DNA from: Gemmatimonadota bacterium
Lineage (GTDB): Bacteria; Gemmatimonadota; Gemmatimonadetes; Palauibacterales; Palauibacteraceae
DNA: 18,811 bases
Reading direction: 5' to 3'
NCBI GenBank assembly: GCA_039588275.1
Contig: JBDHAC010000077.1
Coordinates: 5,155 to 23,965 of the forward strand
Both the position numbers and the translations under genes were made by a program. Shown one piece after another: positions 15,856-18,811 of this stretch; position 1 is the first letter of the stretch, and each line of letters starts with the position of its first letter. A model generated the notes under the pieces. That model searched no databases. It was not told the origin of the DNA and saw only the letters and a list, made by a program, of their open reading frames with translations.

Positions 15856-16770
15856 CTACAGCCTCGCTACTTCGCGAGCGACGGCGTCCCAGGCCTCCTC
15901 CCGCTTCCACTGGTTTTGGATCTTCGATGCAATGTAATTGGCCAAGTGCAGATGGTGTGTGGAGACGAACCGGCTGTGAAAATCGTTGAGTGCCTGCGCG
16001 GTCGCCGCGTACATCTTCAGGTAGATGGCGGCGACGTACTCGGCGAGGAAGCCTCCGATACCGCCGAGGGCGCCGGTGACGATCGTCTCTGTGGCCCCGG
16101 GGTTATCTGCAGTCACCAGCAAGAGAATGGCGGTGATGATGACCGCCACTCCGAATGCCATGCACAGCAAACCGACGGTGAGCATGACGCGGCTCTGGCG
16201 GAGTGCCAGGCGATAGTATCGCCGAAGGGCATACTCATGGCCTTTGAACTGCCACCATGGTTGATCCGGCTCGGGCTTCTTCTGGATCTCGATGTCGGAT
16301 TCCAGATCCTCTCTTTGGATCTGAAGATCCTTCGCCTGGAACAGAAGCCCGCGTAGCGCGAACAGGAGGATCGCGCCGATGGCCCCGACCACGGCGAACC
16401 ACATGGAGGCTGTCAGGCGCGGGCCAGATTGCGCGGCCTGAGATGAAGTCTGCGCGGCCTCGGGTGGAGTCTGCGCCAGCCACACCGCCAGACCGATGAA
16501 GGCCACGAGGAGAAGTATCGTCGCGAGGGTAGCGCACACCCGACGATAGAAACTGAGACGCGCCAGCTGCGAGCGCATCAGCGGCAGTCTATCCTCGACC
16601 GTCTGCCATGCTTGCCCGGGCTCCTCCGACTCCAGGGCGCGATCCCACCCGAAAGCATCCAGCGGGCCAAACGTCTCCCGTGCGAGGCGCTTCACGAACG
16701 CGTCCCGCTTCTCTTCTTGTGGAGGGGTGGGCGGCGTTGGGGAACCGGGCTGGGCGGAGGGGTCACTCAT
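15856..16770 (-). CDS. Four-TM membrane protein with C-terminal TRADD-N-associated 2TM membrane domain
   Basis: ATG 16770 with GGAG SD (16779-16782). TM1 LATILLLVAFIGLAVWLA, TM2 MWFAVVGAIGAILLFAL, then a coiled-coil-like linker. The C-terminal pattern LRRYYRLALRQSRVMLTVGLLCMAFGVAVII...GGFLAEYVAAIYLKMY...ALNDFHSRF resembles the YY..L.Q.-TM-TM(E)..Y....L..FH.L pattern of the 'cyanobacterial TRADD-N-associated 2TM' family as I recall it. Confidence 0.75.
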   Translation of the reverse strand: MSDPSAQPGSPTPPTPPQEEKRDAFVKRLARETFGPLDAFGWDRALESEEPGQAWQTVEDRLPLMRSQLARLSFYRRVCATLATILLLVAFIGLAVWLAQTPPEAAQTSSQAAQSGPRLTASMWFAVVGAIGAILLFALRGLLFQAKDLQIQREDLESDIEIQKKPEPDQPWWQFKGHEYALRRYYRLALRQSRVMLTVGLLCMAFGVAVIITAILLLVTADNPGATETIVTGALGGIGGFLAEYVAAIYLKMYAATAQALNDFHSRFVSTHHLHLANYIASKIQNQWKREEAWDAVAREVARL

Positions 16771-16820
16771 GGTAGCTGCTCCGGGCCGGGGACATCATAT
16801 GGCGACTCTAGCCATGCGTG

Positions 16821-16854
16821 CTGCCAGCGGATGCTCACCTGCCAGCGGATGCTC
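16821..16854 (+). repeat. Perfect 16-bp direct repeat CTGCCAGCGGATGCTC x2 (18-bp period)
   Basis: Copies at 16821-16836 and 16839-16854, separated by AC, in the divergent intergenic region between the 4-TM gene and MATE. Confidence 0.9.
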
Positions 16855-16988
16855 GCGCGCGACTGTCAGCCTCTGAAGTATGATCCTGGCGGCGGCCGTA
16901 CGCGAGAGGGCGGACTTGCGACACGTGAGCCCGCCCGGCAGCATCGGAGGTTCCCGGCTCCCTGAGATAGCTTCCAACCGCGATCGTT

Positions 16989-18434
16989 GTGAGCGACACG
17001 AACGCCGACTCCGCTCCCGCCGCTCCGCAGGCAGAGGACGTAGCCACCGACCGCCCCGGAGTTTGGGCGTCGGTCAAGGAATCCCTGCGCGGGACCGAGC
17101 AGGACTTCACGACGGGGAGCCTCAACCGGGCCGTGTTGCTGCTCTCCGTCCCCATGGTGCTCGAGATGGCCGGCGAGTCCGTGTTCGCGATCGTAGACGC
17201 GTTCTTCGTGGCCCGCCTCGGGGCGTCGGCGCTCGCGGCCGTGGGACTCACCGAATCCGTCCTCGAGATCATTTACGCCGTCGCCGTCGGTCTCAGCATG
17301 TCGACGACCGCGATGGTGGCGCGCCGCATCGGCGAGAAGAACCAGGAGGGCGCGGCGCGAGCCGCCGTACAGGCGATCATCGTCGGGATCGTGATCTCGA
17401 TCCTCTTCGGCGCGGCGGGGCTCATATGGGCGCCCGATCTGCTGCGTCTCATGGGCGCCGACGACCAGGTCGTCGCGGTGGGCGCGACGTACACGCGGAT
17501 CATGTACGGCGGCATGATCGTGATCATGCTGCTGTTTCTGAACAACGCCATCTACCGTGGGGCGGGTGACGCGGCGATGGCCATGCGCTCCGTGTGGCTC
17601 GCCAACGCGATCAACGTGGTGCTGGACCCGATGCTGATCTTCGGCGTCGGTCCATTCCCGGAGTTGGGGCTCACGGGAGCCGCCGTGGCCACCACCATCG
17701 GACGCGGTATCGGCGTCACCTACCAGCTCCGGGGCATGTCTCGTGGGCCGCGCCTCCAGGTGAGAAGGTCGCACGTACGGCTCGATGTGGAGGTGATCCG
17801 GCGCCTGATCCGGATCTCGGTGGGTGGAGTGGGGCAGATGCTGGTGGGGACGGCCAGCTACGTGGGGCTCATCCGGATCCTGGCCACGTTCGGCAGCGTC
17901 GTACTCGCCGGGTACGTGATCGCGATCCGGATCGTCATCTTCATCATCCTCCCGGCCTGGGGTGTCGCGAACGCCGCCGCCACGCTGGTGGGTCAGAACC
18001 TGGGTGCACGAAGGCCGGAGCGGGCCGAGCGTGCGGTGTGGGTTACCGGGGCTTGGAACATGGCGTTCATGGCAGTCGTCACCGTGATCTTCGTCGCCTT
18101 CGCGGGTGCGATCGTGGCTCCGTTCAGCGCGGACGCCGAGACTACTGCCGTGGGTACCCGCTCGCTGCGAATCATCAGCTACGGCTACGTGTTCTACGCG
18201 TGGGGCATGGTGATGCTGCAGGCGTTCAACGGCGCGGGGGACACGGCGACGCCCACCAAGATCAACTTCTTCGTGTTCTGGGTCTTCCAGATCCCGCTGG
18301 CCTGGATCCTGTCTCGGTCGCTCGACATGGGACCCAGCGGCGTGTTCTGGGCGATCGCGATCGCCTATTCGCTCTCGGCGATCGTGGGCGTCTTCCTGTT
18401 CCGCGGCGGAAAGTGGAAGGAGAAGGAGGTCTAG
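16989..18434 (+). CDS. MATE-family efflux transporter
   Basis: 481 aa, about 12 TM segments. Motifs DFTTGSLNRAVLLLSVPMVLEM, VDAFFVARLG, MVARRIGEK, RGAGDA, NVVLDPMLIFG, GAAVATTIGR, LVGQNLGA, NGAGDT and GGKWKEKEV. Confidence 0.95.
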   Translation: MSDTNADSAPAAPQAEDVATDRPGVWASVKESLRGTEQDFTTGSLNRAVLLLSVPMVLEMAGESVFAIVDAFFVARLGASALAAVGLTESVLEIIYAVAVGLSMSTTAMVARRIGEKNQEGAARAAVQAIIVGIVISILFGAAGLIWAPDLLRLMGADDQVVAVGATYTRIMYGGMIVIMLLFLNNAIYRGAGDAAMAMRSVWLANAINVVLDPMLIFGVGPFPELGLTGAAVATTIGRGIGVTYQLRGMSRGPRLQVRRSHVRLDVEVIRRLIRISVGGVGQMLVGTASYVGLIRILATFGSVVLAGYVIAIRIVIFIILPAWGVANAAATLVGQNLGARRPERAERAVWVTGAWNMAFMAVVTVIFVAFAGAIVAPFSADAETTAVGTRSLRIISYGYVFYAWGMVMLQAFNGAGDTATPTKINFFVFWVFQIPLAWILSRSLDMGPSGVFWAIAIAYSLSAIVGVFLFRGGKWKEKEV

Positions 18435-18461
18435 GTCTGCGTCGCCAGGACGTGTGTTACT

Positions 18462-18643
18462 CGGCGCGTGGCACCCTCAGTAGGCTCCCGGCGCGAGGCA
18501 CTCTCAGCGAGGCACCCTGAGCGGGGTCCCGGCGCGTGGCACTCTGAGCGGGGCACCCTCGGCGGGGTCCCGGCGCGTGGCACTCTGAGCGTGGCACTCT
18601 CGGCGGGGTCCCGGCGCGAGGCCCTGAGCGGCGCCCCGGCGGG
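18462..18643. repeat. Hierarchical non-coding tandem repeat, 41-bp period built from 14+14+13-bp subunits
   Basis: Units start with CGGCGCG at 18462 (27-bp short unit), 18489, 18530, 18571 (41 bp each) and 18612 (degenerate). Consensus CGGCGCGWGGCACTCTSAGCGDGGCACYCTSRGCGGGGTCC. Confidence 0.9.
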
Positions 18644-18740
18644 TGTTCAGAGCCGGTTGATAGCGTCCCGTACCTTCTTTGTAGGGAGGCTCCTTACGGA
18701 GCTCTTCCACGGAAGCTCAGACCTGAGGGAGAGGGACGGG

Positions 18741-18811
18741 ATGGGATACGCCGCGCTCGCGGCCATGGAGCCTGCCGAGGAGCCCCGGACGGATGTCGAT
18801 CCGGATCTGAT
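18741..18811 (+). CDS. Possible 5' end of a gene running off the window (MGYAALAAMEPAEEPRTDVDPDL...)
   Basis: ATG 18741 follows purine-rich GAGGGAGAGG and the frame is open to the window end. Too short to identify. Confidence 0.35.
   Translation, partial: MGYAALAAMEPAEEPRTDVDPDL

Noticed and set aside
14709..16783. GGTAGCTccGCTCCG (14709-14723) and GGTAGCTGCTCCG (16771-16783) as target-site duplication flanking the two-gene cassette
   Set aside because: The match is short, needs a 2-nt gap, and the right copy overlaps the cassette's own SD. There is no recombinase or transposase nearby, so chance cannot be excluded.
18462..18643. Possible CRISPR array
   Set aside because: Units abut with no unique spacers, the repeats are internally repetitive and degenerate, and there are no cas genes in the window.
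18504..18710. 68-aa minus-strand ORF with repeated PLRVPR
   Set aside because: It is a translation of the 41-bp non-triplet repeat, with no coding signature.

Overview
High-GC bacterial DNA. The DUF5916 protein and the carboxypeptidase-regulatory/plug protein ending in 'C..LIWTR' suggest Gemmatimonadota, but this is an inference. Left to right: (1) a membrane hypothetical gene; (2) a secreted conserved hypothetical with an MLCGCP motif; (3) a compact form I aerobic Mo-Cu carbon monoxide dehydrogenase operon, with an XdhC/CoxF-family chaperone fused to a Cys-rich YHS domain, then coxM-coxS-coxL (CoxL motif AYRCSFR) and no coxD/E/G; (4) a divergent MarR module, with a secreted alpha/beta hydrolase and YVTN beta-propeller on the minus strand and MarR coupled to a GH18 lipoprotein on the plus strand; (5) a CBM9/DUF5916 outer-membrane protein with a perfect in-frame 51-bp tandem duplication; (6) a carboxypeptidase-regulatory/plug-like protein; (7) a lower-GC, minus-strand two-gene cassette (4-TM protein with a TRADD-N-associated membrane domain plus an uncharacterised His-motif beta-propeller-like protein), the best candidate for an undescribed defence system; (8) a MATE exporter; (9) a hierarchical 41-bp non-coding tandem repeat. 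No rRNA, tRNA, CRISPR array, transposase or integrase was seen. All family assignments come from motif recognition by eye, not database searches.
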